Below, piece by piece: positions 1 through 9,028 of a stretch of DNA of 64,000 bases. The stretch spans positions 248,001-312,000 of IMG/VR virus record IMGVR_UViG_3300047319_001872; one strand, 5' to 3'. Within the stretch, counting starts at the first letter, position 1, and the number at the start of each line of letters is the position of its first letter. A program made the translations under genes and the position numbers. The notes under the pieces are model-generated. The model was not told where the DNA came from and did no database searches. It was given only the letters and a program-made list of their open reading frames with translations.

Positions 1-885
1 GGCGCTGATTTCAAGCTCAAGCTGAGCGATCGTATTGGTCGAGGTGATCACCATGTTGGAGGCCGTGGCCACCGACGGGTTGCCCGACAGAATCGCCGAC
101 AGCTGGTTGCCACGCTGGCGCTTGATGATGCTCGCGTAGGTGCCGTCGTCGCTCATCAGGTGCTTCTTGTGCGCGTCGATCAGGTCCAGACACAGCAGGA
201 AATCGCGGAAGAATTCGATGCGACCGGCGCGCCACGCATGGTAGCGCTCTTTCATACTCGTCGACTGCTTGTTGCCAAGGCTAAGAATATGAACCAGGGC
301 TTCTGTGGGCGTATCGATTGCGATCAGTCGCAACGCCACCGGAATGATCCCCTTTTGACCGTTGTCGCTGATTTCCACCGACAGCATCTTGCCCACGGAG
401 AGGCTCGCGACTTCCTTGGCTTCCTTGATCGCGTCCTTACCGACGCCGACGCTGTCTTCCAGCGCGACTTGCTTGCCGAACGCGGGCAGCGCATCTTTGT
501 AGCTTTCTTGCGAGAGCATCGAGATGGCGCCCGCGGCGTTTCCAGCGAGGTTGCCCCACAGGTTACCTGCGGTGCCGCTCGTGATCGGGTCACGGCTGGG
601 GTTAAACTTGTCCAACGTAGCCATCACGTTGACATTGCCGATGTGGGCCGAGAGGGCGATCGCTTGCAGGTAGTAACCCGCAAACATCGACTGCAGGGCT
701 TGCATGGCATCGTACGTAGCGTCATGGTACAGCACATCGGCGTCGACCAAGCAAAGCGGTTCCACGCGGGCGGGTTTGCTGTATTCGACAAGCGAATCCG
801 CACGCATGGCAGCGACTGCGCCGATGGCGTCACGGATAGCGTTGATACCGATGCTTGCACCGGCGACTGCGGCGAGTCCGGTCAT
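1..885 (-). CDS. Virion head/inner-body protein, truncated at the window edge (positional equivalent of phiKZ gp89)
   Basis: Not in the ORF track because it runs off the edge. Manual translation from ATG 885 (RBS AAGGA) gives MTGLAAVAGASIGINAIRDAIG...EYSKPARVEPLCLVD...YLQAIAL, open to base 1. Contains S/A-x-E motifs (SQES, ALED) typical of phiKZ prohead-protease substrates. Confidence 0.7.
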   Translation of the reverse strand, partial: MTGLAAVAGASIGINAIRDAIGAVAAMRADSLVEYSKPARVEPLCLVDADVLYHDATYDAMQALQSMFAGYYLQAIALSAHIGNVNVMATLDKFNPSRDPITSGTAGNLWGNLAGNAAGAISMLSQESYKDALPAFGKQVALEDSVGVGKDAIKEAKEVASLSVGKMLSVEISDNGQKGIIPVALRLIAIDTPTEALVHILSLGNKQSTSMKERYHAWRAGRIEFFRDFLLCLDLIDAHKKHLMSDDGTYASIIKRQRGNQLSAILSGNPSVATASNMVITSTNTIAQLELEISA

Positions 886-916
886 GATTTTCCTTCTTTC
901 AGATTAAGGTTTTCAA

Positions 917-2053
917 ATGGCTGATCCATACAACATAACTGTAGACGACATCCTGACGGCGGCCTCAACTGGTCAATCCGTTTCCGATATGGTCGATCAA
1001 GTTTTCCAGCTTGGACCGGCAGGCTCGTTTGATACAGCCATTGGTAACACCGTGTTCGGGCTGAACCATCGGCAACAACCTCCGGCGATCCTCAGCAATC
1101 GTGACCATTACGGGTATACGTTCTTTACGCGTCCCCGCATGAACATGACTGATGAGAACCTTCGGACACAGCGTCGTTTTGGTCCGCTGCTCTCGCAGCA
1201 GGATTACAGCTGGCAACGCGCCGTGCGCTGCACGCTTGACCCCGAGCTCGCCTGGGCAGACACGCCCGTGACGTGTTCACTGGTGGACCGGCAACAAGCG
1301 TTCATACCAATTCTCTCGAACACCCTCCTGTCCATGTCAGGGTGGCCGGACCTGGAAGCCCAGACATTCACCGCGCATGAAGGCATATACAAGGAGTCCT
1401 TCAGCATCGTGGATAGCGTGGTCGACAGGTATGAGACATACGATATAACCGCCAATTTCCGGAACCTGCCGGGCGATCCTGTCACGTTGATGATGATGTC
1501 GTGGCTCTTTTACGAGTCCTACGTCTACCTCGGCGAGCTCGTGCCGTATCCGGACATGCTGATCAATAACGAGATCGATTATCAGACCCGGATTTACCGC
1601 CTGGTGATGGACCCGGATAAGCGGCGTGTGCAAGGCATTGCAGCGTGCGGTGCAGGCTTTCCGGTGACCTGTCCGATTGGGGCGAAGTTTAACTTCGAGT
1701 CGGATCAGCCGTTGAATAAGAACATGGATCAAATCAGCGTGACCTTCCGCTGTGCGGGTGCCATGTACAACGACGACATCCTGATTGATGAATTCAACCG
1801 GACGCAGGCGCTGCACAATAACAACATGCACCCGAGTAACTTCTCGGGCTTTGGACAGAATACGACCAATCCGAATTATCGGCTGCTTCAGCTTAACGAG
1901 GTGGAGCTCTTTAACCACACCGGTTATCCACGCATCGACCCGGTCACCTACGAGTTGCAATGGTGGGTCGATAAGACCACTTACGGGCGCATGCTGCCGA
2001 CACTGAATTACCAGCAGGGGTTGATTCAACGCCTCGCTTCCCCGACGAGCTAA
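917..2053 (+). CDS. Virion structural protein, tail-tube/baseplate-like (phiKZ gp88 equivalent)
   Basis: 378 aa. Motifs YTFFTRPRMN, ITANFRN, IDYQTRIYRL and QISVTFRC resemble chimallivirus tube-fold structural proteins. Lies next to the baseplate gene. Confidence 0.65.
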   Translation: MADPYNITVDDILTAASTGQSVSDMVDQVFQLGPAGSFDTAIGNTVFGLNHRQQPPAILSNRDHYGYTFFTRPRMNMTDENLRTQRRFGPLLSQQDYSWQRAVRCTLDPELAWADTPVTCSLVDRQQAFIPILSNTLLSMSGWPDLEAQTFTAHEGIYKESFSIVDSVVDRYETYDITANFRNLPGDPVTLMMMSWLFYESYVYLGELVPYPDMLINNEIDYQTRIYRLVMDPDKRRVQGIAACGAGFPVTCPIGAKFNFESDQPLNKNMDQISVTFRCAGAMYNDDILIDEFNRTQALHNNNMHPSNFSGFGQNTTNPNYRLLQLNEVELFNHTGYPRIDPVTYELQWWVDKTTYGRMLPTLNYQQGLIQRLASPTS

Positions 2054-2064
2054 AGGAATAGAAC

Positions 2065-4974
2065 ATGGCTGCAACCATCAGCGCATTGCTCTCGAACATG
2101 CAGAACTACCAGAATAACCCTGCGTTGATTCAGCAGGACATTCTGGACCACCTGGACATAGTCACCAGCGGTGAAGTCAATATCGTCGACCCGTCCAACC
2201 CCTTTGTGTTCGGACTGGAGTCAGCGACCGTGTGCACCGCGGGCATGATGAGCAAGAGCGATACCAATACGCGACGTCAGTATCCGCAGTTGGCACAAAC
2301 CCCGGAAGACCTGTATTACCACATGTCGGACTGGGACTACATCAACCGGTTTGCCGCCCCTTCGGTGGCGCTCTTTTCCTTCATCTTCGATAAGGATGAG
2401 TTGATCTCCAAGCTGGTGACTGACCCCGCGACCGGGGTGTCCCAGATCGTGATCCCACGCAACACCGTGGTGATGATTTCGGGCGTGCAGTTTAGTCTGC
2501 AGTACCCGATCGTGATTCGCCAGATGCAACACGGTGGTCTGAATGTGACGTATGACGGCAGCGAGCCGTCGCCGTTGCAGGAACTGACCTCCAATGTGAT
2601 CGACTGGGAAATCCGCACGGTCAATGGCACGAACTGGCTCTTCTTTGATGTGCCACTGTACCAGTTCAATATCCTGTCCACGCAGCAAGGGGTGGTGCTC
2701 GCTACCAAGTGGCAGACCACCATCAGCTTTAGCGACCAGTTCTACTATGCTCGCGTGTGGGCTGAAAACAGTGACGGCACCTGGACTGAACTGCTCACGA
2801 CGCATTCGATCGAAGTCTACGATCCGACCACGCCGACCGCAGTCCTGCAAGTGGTGAACCAGACGCTCACGGTCACGATTCCGCAGATCTATATCACTAG
2901 CGGGCAGGTGAAGACGTCGGTGCGGGTGGACCTGTATCAGACCAAGGGCGACATCAACATGGATCTGTCGTCGTATCCGCAGAGCGCCTATTCGGCGAAC
3001 TGGCTGGCGATCGATGCGAACGACAATCTGCCGACCAACTTCTCGGCACCGCTGAAGGGCTTTAACCAGCTGGCGATCTGGTCCAATGATCGGACCGTGG
3101 ATGGCAATAACGGGCTGACGTTCAGTCAGCTGCGTCAGCGCGTGATGACCAACTCGACCGGTGCGCAGAACCTGCCGATCACCAACGTGCAGGTGCAAGC
3201 GGCATTGCAGAACATCGGCTACGATGTGGTCGAGAATGTGGATAACATCACCAACCGGGTGTTCCTGGCCACACGTGCGATGCCGGACCCGACCAACCCG
3301 GCCTTGATTACGTCTGCGGCGGCTTCGATCGAGACACTCTCGACGACACTTACCGCGCTGACGACACTCGAGTCGGTGATCAATAACGGTAACTCACTCA
3401 CGATCACGCCGGACACCATCTACCAGAGCACCAGTGGTGTGGTGAGCGCGGTGCCCACCGCAGCTGTGAAAGCGTTGCTGGCTCTGCCACCGGATCAACG
3501 GGCACTGGCTGTCACCAAAGGGCAGTACTTCTACTCACCCTGGCATTACGTGCTGGATAACACGGGACCGGAGTTTGAAGTGCGCCCGTACTATTTGGAT
3601 GCGCCGCTCGCGGACACCACGTTCTTTGTCTCGGAGAATGATACGACGCTCTTGCAAGTGAGCACCAAGAGCTACCAGATCACCAAGAACGCTGACGGCT
3701 CAGGCTATACGCTCACGATCAGTACGTCGTCCAACGATGGCTGGAAAGCCCTGGCCGATGACAAGGTGTATGTGCAGCTCGCTTACATCCCGGAAGGCGA
3801 GAGCGGGTATGCTTACCTGATGGGCACGCTGGTCGGGACCAACACCAGCACCAACGAGCGGACCTTCTCGTTTGATCTGTCGTCGAACTTCAATGTCGAC
3901 TCCAACGACATGTTGCAGTTGAAGAAGTTCCTGATGTACACGACCGATCCGATGCTCACTGCCTGTAGTCTCACGCAAACGTTCGAGATTCTGTACGCCG
4001 CGGACGCTGTGATGGATACGCAGTGGAAGCCGGGTGAGATCGACGCGATGCTCGGCATGTTCCTCTTGCCTGCAACCGCGGTGGGTGTGACGCACGAGCA
4101 AATCCGCGTGAAGTTCGGCTCTTCGTTGACGACACTCTGGGCATCGACGCGTACGGTGAATGATGCGGTCACCTATCGGACTTGGCCGATGGACGTGCTC
4201 TCGTACTACACGAACGATGTGTATGGCGACCCGGCGGTGACGATTGTCAATGGTCAGCTGGTGCAAAACATCGTGCACCGTGCAGGCGACCCGGTGATTA
4301 ATCCGGCAACGGGCCAACAGGTCTTGCTGCATGCGACAGGCGATGTGATGAGGGACGTGGATGGCAAGCCGATTCCGATCGGCACGCAAGACACTCTGCG
4401 TCAGATTGACCTGATGTTGCTTGAAGGCGTGTACTGGTTCGCTACCGATGCGATTGCCACGGGCTACCGCACTGAGCTGGTGGATACGGTACTCGCCTGG
4501 TTGACGGAAGACCTGGTGAGCTTCCAGGCGAGGTTGCTGGAGCAGACCCGTATCTACTTCTATCCGAAGGCGACCACGGGGAACATCAACGTGATGATCA
4601 ACGGGGGCTTGAAAACCACCGTCGCAGCTGGTCAGTCGTTTAAGATCACGCTCTATGTTCCGGCTTCCGTCTACAGCAACAGCGATCTGCAGAATCAACT
4701 GGTCAAGACCACGATCAGCACGATCTCGACGCAGCTGGAGAATGCAACCGTCGCCGATTCGGCGCTGAAGGTAGCGCTGATGAAGATCTACGGCGAGGAT
4801 GTGATTGACTGTGAAGTCGCGGGTCTGGGTGGCTCGGGCTCGATCTCGGTGATGACGGTGATTGATGCATCGAACAAGCTCAGCATCCGTAAGCGTCTCT
4901 TTGCCCAGTCGGATAACAGTCTGATTGTTCAGGAAGACGTGAGCGTCAACTTCATCCAGCATCAGCTGAGCTAA
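2065..4974 (+). CDS. Large baseplate (wedge-like) protein (phiKZ gp87 equivalent)
   Basis: 969 aa, beta-rich. N-terminal DPSNPFVFGLES and YYHMSDWDY motifs recalled from jumbo-phage baseplate proteins. RBS AAGGA upstream. Confidence 0.7.
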   Translation: MAATISALLSNMQNYQNNPALIQQDILDHLDIVTSGEVNIVDPSNPFVFGLESATVCTAGMMSKSDTNTRRQYPQLAQTPEDLYYHMSDWDYINRFAAPSVALFSFIFDKDELISKLVTDPATGVSQIVIPRNTVVMISGVQFSLQYPIVIRQMQHGGLNVTYDGSEPSPLQELTSNVIDWEIRTVNGTNWLFFDVPLYQFNILSTQQGVVLATKWQTTISFSDQFYYARVWAENSDGTWTELLTTHSIEVYDPTTPTAVLQVVNQTLTVTIPQIYITSGQVKTSVRVDLYQTKGDINMDLSSYPQSAYSANWLAIDANDNLPTNFSAPLKGFNQLAIWSNDRTVDGNNGLTFSQLRQRVMTNSTGAQNLPITNVQVQAALQNIGYDVVENVDNITNRVFLATRAMPDPTNPALITSAAASIETLSTTLTALTTLESVINNGNSLTITPDTIYQSTSGVVSAVPTAAVKALLALPPDQRALAVTKGQYFYSPWHYVLDNTGPEFEVRPYYLDAPLADTTFFVSENDTTLLQVSTKSYQITKNADGSGYTLTISTSSNDGWKALADDKVYVQLAYIPEGESGYAYLMGTLVGTNTSTNERTFSFDLSSNFNVDSNDMLQLKKFLMYTTDPMLTACSLTQTFEILYAADAVMDTQWKPGEIDAMLGMFLLPATAVGVTHEQIRVKFGSSLTTLWASTRTVNDAVTYRTWPMDVLSYYTNDVYGDPAVTIVNGQLVQNIVHRAGDPVINPATGQQVLLHATGDVMRDVDGKPIPIGTQDTLRQIDLMLLEGVYWFATDAIATGYRTELVDTVLAWLTEDLVSFQARLLEQTRIYFYPKATTGNINVMINGGLKTTVAAGQSFKITLYVPASVYSNSDLQNQLVKTTISTISTQLENATVADSALKVALMKIYGEDVIDCEVAGLGGSGSISVMTVIDASNKLSIRKRLFAQSDNSLIVQEDVSVNFIQHQLS

Positions 4975-4976
4975 TC

Positions 4977-5261
4977 ATGGATACGGAACTCAAACCTGTG
5001 TTCGTGAAGACGATGCCACCGGAGTTGGAGCAGGGCGTGCTTTACGTGTCAGAGGAGTACGAGCTGGCGATCCATCTGTGTGCGTGCGGGTGGTGCAAAG
5101 AAAAGACCGTGACACCGTTCAAAGACTTCCCGAACGATCGCGGCTGGACCTACGCACGGGACGCAGAGGATCGCGTGACGTTGCATCCTTCCATCGGGAA
5201 TTTCCAGATGCCTTGCAAATCGCACTACTGGGTGCGGGAGAACAAGATCGTCTGGTGTTAA
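4977..5261 (+). CDS. DUF6527 family protein (Cys/His-rich, putative Ubl-processing peptidase)
   Basis: The 94-aa pattern P-x-x-L-E-x-G-V-L-Y-V-S...A-I-H-L-C-A-C-G...V-T-P...W...T-L-H-P-S-I-G-N...C-K-S-H-Y-W-V...I-V-W matches my recollection of the DUF6527 consensus along its whole length. Confidence 0.8.
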   Translation: MDTELKPVFVKTMPPELEQGVLYVSEEYELAIHLCACGWCKEKTVTPFKDFPNDRGWTYARDAEDRVTLHPSIGNFQMPCKSHYWVRENKIVWC

Positions 5262-5303
5262 CGGCATAAGGCCCAGGGGGAAACCCCTGGGCTCTATGAC
5301 GCG
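5261..5303. terminator. Hairpin between convergent genes
   Basis: GCCCAGGGG-GAAA-CCCCTGGGC, flanked by CATA...TATG. Confidence 0.7.
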
Positions 5304-5304
5304 T

Positions 5305-6822
5305 TTACGAGGCTTTGAAGAGGTTCTTCACCGCACTGGCAGCGTGGCGTTGCCGCATGCGCTCAGCCTGCTTAGCGAGCGCCTGGATGGCTTCTGGGGC
5401 CTTGCTGTCATGCGAGGACACTTCCAGGTCCCGATAGATCGCTACCGCAAGTCGATAAGCAAAACCGGTCACGCGGGCCGCCATGGTTTCCACGATGGAA
5501 CGGTACGCATTCATGCGGTTTGCAATCATCGACAGGTCGCGCACATCCTGACGCACCGAGTCCAGCGCTTCACGCATTTCCGAGGCCATCGAGTGCTCCG
5601 GCATGTCTTCGGCGCCATCGGTCAAGATATTGCCAATCCCGACTTCGAGCAGATCCAGCCACTTCTCGATGGTGAGCAAGCGAAAAGCGACATCCCGGCC
5701 GGTTTCGATCAGCTTCTTGGTCGGTCCCGTCGAAAGGGCTTGCGCCATCGAAGCGAACACCATCTCAAACGAAAGCGCCAGATGCGGCTCGCCTTCGCTG
5801 GCCTGCAGGTAGATGTGGTTGTAGTTCGACGCCACATCCTGCAGATTCATCTGACGACCCTGAAAGCTCACCTGCACGCGCTGGTTCAGCACATCCAACG
5901 TGCGGCCTGCGATGAGCTGATCGGCAAACGAGGTCGAGCCCTTATTGGCCAACACGCCCGAGAGCGCGGTAGCTTTCTGGTTCATCACCGAGAGCGCTTG
6001 CTCCATGGTGTCAACGAGGGCTTCGGTGGCTTGTGACCACGGACCGTTATCAACGATGTCGTGAAAGATCGGGTTACGACCTTCCATGAACTGACGCACT
6101 TCGTCACTGGCTTCGGTGTCGTACAGATAGTGCGCGACCAGCTTATCGAAGTCACTGACATGTTGGCTCTGGCCGTGCTGGTCTTTCAACTCGACGCCGC
6201 GTTTGATTTCCTTTACGGCGGCTGAGGCGAGGCTCTTGAGCTCCTCCAGATCCTTGACGATCTCGTCGGCGCGGTACTCCTGCTGCTTGGCGGACTGCGT
6301 GACTTCTGCCAGGATCTGCTCATTGGACTTGCTCATGAGCTTTTCGTTCGGGTCCCGCGAACCCACGAGCCAGAGCACGAAGCGCCGGATCATTTCGCGA
6401 ATGCGCCGAATGAGATCGGCGAAGGTGCTCTTCAGCTTATCCCACAGCGACTCCATCGCGGGCTTGTAGCGCGTGAGGGTGGGTGACTTGCTGTAGTAGT
6501 TCAGGTGCTTATTGCCGTCGAACTCGGGGTAAAGACGCTTGGCTTCCTGGGCGAAAGACTGGTTCATACCGCCGACCTTTTTCAGGTCGGCGAGTACGTA
6601 CTGGAGATCTTCCAGGCAGGCGGACTCCGCCGCGATGATCCTCAGGTCGTCTTTGAGCTCGGGCACTTCACCCGGCACGACTTCCTTAAAGATGTCATGC
6701 GCGGTGAGCTCATCCATGACGGCCACATCAGGCAAAGACTTCACCTCAACGATGTCATCGCCAAGCGTTGCTTCTTCGTCGAGTTCGACCCCGTGATTGA
6801 GGCCGAATTCCGACAGGTCCAT
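5305..6822 (-). CDS. Virion inner-head protein, probably proteolytically processed (phiKZ gp86 equivalent)
   Basis: Start reassigned to ATG 6822 (MDLSEFG..., TAATG overlap with the upstream stop). Acidic N-terminal propeptide with AAES and AMES motifs, helical body. Confidence 0.65.
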   Translation of the reverse strand: MDLSEFGLNHGVELDEEATLGDDIVEVKSLPDVAVMDELTAHDIFKEVVPGEVPELKDDLRIIAAESACLEDLQYVLADLKKVGGMNQSFAQEAKRLYPEFDGNKHLNYYSKSPTLTRYKPAMESLWDKLKSTFADLIRRIREMIRRFVLWLVGSRDPNEKLMSKSNEQILAEVTQSAKQQEYRADEIVKDLEELKSLASAAVKEIKRGVELKDQHGQSQHVSDFDKLVAHYLYDTEASDEVRQFMEGRNPIFHDIVDNGPWSQATEALVDTMEQALSVMNQKATALSGVLANKGSTSFADQLIAGRTLDVLNQRVQVSFQGRQMNLQDVASNYNHIYLQASEGEPHLALSFEMVFASMAQALSTGPTKKLIETGRDVAFRLLTIEKWLDLLEVGIGNILTDGAEDMPEHSMASEMREALDSVRQDVRDLSMIANRMNAYRSIVETMAARVTGFAYRLAVAIYRDLEVSSHDSKAPEAIQALAKQAERMRQRHAASAVKNLFKAS

Positions 6823-7277
6823 TACGCGTGCTCCGTCACCGAGATGATGGTCATCGCTTCGCGCACGAGATTGAAGATCTCGTCCTTGTGGTCGTTGACG
6901 AACTGGTGCATGTCGTCCGCAAGCCAGAGCGTAGCACCCGCCCAGCAATCGACGAAGCCGAGCTTGGCTTCCACGTTATACTGCAGGCCCGGATAAGCCG
7001 CCGAGTAACGCAGCAGCCAGAAAGCGCGCATGGCTTCACGGCAGTAGCGCGTGTCGAACACCACTTCTTCGTTGAAGTCCGCGATGTAGTTCGAGGCACC
7101 CAGTGCGACTTGGGTGAGGAAGTAGTTGCTCGGTTCGACTTCGAGCGCCAGCGACGGCAGGCCCAGCTTGTTGGCAATCGCGATACCGACGGCTGCGCCG
7201 ATAATCTTGCCGCGCTCGCTCGGGTCCTTGATATAGGTGTCGGCGTAGCGGGAGAAGCCCAGAAACTTGATGTCCAT
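6822..7277 (-). CDS. Conserved hypothetical protein in the head-protein block
   Basis: 151 aa, translationally coupled to the downstream gene, phage-like codon usage. Confidence 0.7.
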   Translation of the reverse strand: MDIKFLGFSRYADTYIKDPSERGKIIGAAVGIAIANKLGLPSLALEVEPSNYFLTQVALGASNYIADFNEEVVFDTRYCREAMRAFWLLRYSAAYPGLQYNVEAKLGFVDCWAGATLWLADDMHQFVNDHKDEIFNLVREAMTIISVTEHA

Positions 7278-7301
7278 GTTATTCAGTCCAGTGACAGAGG
7301 G

Positions 7302-8615
7302 TTAAAACAGTGTCTTGAGTTCCGCTGACTTGACAAACAAGTCATTGGCGGCGAGGGTTTCCAGTTCTTGCTGGAGCTTCTCTTGCTTCAGACGATTGCG
7401 CTTCTCGCCCGAGAGGAAGTTACCGAGGATGTCAAAGAGCTGGAAGCGATCCTTCACGGTGGCGAGCAGCTTGTCCACCGCGACGATGTCTTCCTTGATG
7501 CGTACGGCCAGTTCCTTGGCGAGATCGCGGTCTTTGAGTTGCTCGACCAGCTGATCGCGAATGCGCTTCAGACGCACACCCGGTCGATCGTAGATGGGGT
7601 CACCCGGACCATCGGCGCAGATCCAGGCCCACAGGAAGAAGACCGGCACCAGGATCGCCCCCACCAGCGGGGTGACTGCCATCCAGAGCGTACCCAACAG
7701 CATCAGCACCTTGATGGACTCCAGCATCACGTACATGCCGGTGGAGCGCACCGAAATGTCCCCCACCAAATGGTGGACCTTATCGAGCGAGGTGATCAGA
7801 TCACGCTGAGCGCCATGGCGCGCGGCAAACTGGTCAGCGAGTTGCTCCCAGTTATTGAAGTCGTACAGCTCCGAGCCGATTTCCGAGCGGGCGTTCTTGG
7901 TGATTTCCTGGATGATCACCACCGTGGCGGTTTTGCCGCCAGCGGTTTGGGCGAGTTCCTTCATGGTGGTCTCGTCCAGGTTCAGCGCCCGTGCTGCCGA
8001 GATGAGGACGAGTTCGCGATCACCCACGTCGGTACTTTCGTCCAGTCCCTTGGCCACCCCTGCCAGCACCTGATTGGTGGTGACCGAATGCCACAGGTAT
8101 TCGAAGCCCGTGAAGAGATGGCCGAGCTCATGCAGGGTAATCGCCGAGAGTTCAGCGGCAGTAAAACCACCACCGGCAAACTTGCCCGAGACCCACCAGT
8201 CCGACATGTTCACGAGACACTCCATCTCGCTGAATACGCCCGACACCGTGCTCTTGGCCAGATTCACCGAACCACGGATCGCGCCGCCCGCTTTCTCGAT
8301 CATCTTGAGCGAGGGGGCATTGGTGTACCATTCGCGATACACGTTGTGGATGAGCGGGTTGTTCTTGTCGACGGTGGGGGGCAGGCAGTAGGCGCCGCCG
8401 TCGTCCATCGTGAACTTGACCTTGATGCCGGTGCGCTTGAAGAGCAAGTCCTCGATGGCGATGGCTTCTTTCGAGGCAGCCATCGCCTTGGTGTCGAGCT
8501 TTTTCATCGCCTCGTAGAGGGCGGTGAGCTCTTTGTGCAGGCTGTCGTCCTGGAACTCGATCATCTCGAGTGCGGCCTGATTTTTGACCGTCAAAAGTTG
8601 AGATTGACTCTTCAT
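7302..8615 (-). CDS. Virion head protein with a zincin metallopeptidase motif (phiKZ gp84 equivalent)
   Basis: 437 aa with ITLHELGH (HExxH), a downstream EQLADQFA (ExxAD) motif and a hydrophobic segment. AALE cleavage-like motif near the N-terminus. Confidence 0.65.
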   Translation of the reverse strand: MKSQSQLLTVKNQAALEMIEFQDDSLHKELTALYEAMKKLDTKAMAASKEAIAIEDLLFKRTGIKVKFTMDDGGAYCLPPTVDKNNPLIHNVYREWYTNAPSLKMIEKAGGAIRGSVNLAKSTVSGVFSEMECLVNMSDWWVSGKFAGGGFTAAELSAITLHELGHLFTGFEYLWHSVTTNQVLAGVAKGLDESTDVGDRELVLISAARALNLDETTMKELAQTAGGKTATVVIIQEITKNARSEIGSELYDFNNWEQLADQFAARHGAQRDLITSLDKVHHLVGDISVRSTGMYVMLESIKVLMLLGTLWMAVTPLVGAILVPVFFLWAWICADGPGDPIYDRPGVRLKRIRDQLVEQLKDRDLAKELAVRIKEDIVAVDKLLATVKDRFQLFDILGNFLSGEKRNRLKQEKLQQELETLAANDLFVKSAELKTLF

Positions 8616-8710
8616 GATTTCCCTAGGGTGATTTCATCAATAATCAGAAAATACCGAAGGCGGCCATCTTCTGACGTGAATGTCATAGAAATGAAGCCGC
8701 CGGAGCGAAC

Positions 8711-9028
8711 ATGCTACAAATGTTGTTGGAATGGTTGCGTAGTCTGCCACTGGATCAGTGCAATGCCTGTCTGGAACTCGCGGGGGCGGGGCTTCGGATG
8801 CTGGACTGTTACCGGCTCTACCAAGCCAAACGATTCGTAGGAGGATCGATTTTTACGGCCCTGTTCTTTTTTGGCTGGGGCATGTTCAATGTGGTGTATT
8901 ATCCGTCGTTGCACCAGGTCTATAGCTTTGCGGCAGCCCTTGCGCTGACAGCTGTGAACGGCCTGTGGATTGTGATGGCGGTGTTTTATAATTGGCGTTA
9001 CAACAAACAACAGGGTCTATCAGCATGA
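8711..9028 (+). CDS. Small 3-TM membrane protein, PQ-loop/SemiSWEET-like
   Basis: 105 aa with three hydrophobic segments. The pattern LELAGA...RLYQAK...G.S...FFFGWG.FN..YYPSL.Q..SF resembles single-repeat PQ-loop proteins. ATGA overlap with the polymerase gene. Confidence 0.55.
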   Translation: MLQMLLEWLRSLPLDQCNACLELAGAGLRMLDCYRLYQAKRFVGGSIFTALFFFGWGMFNVVYYPSLHQVYSFAAALALTAVNGLWIVMAVFYNWRYNKQQGLSA

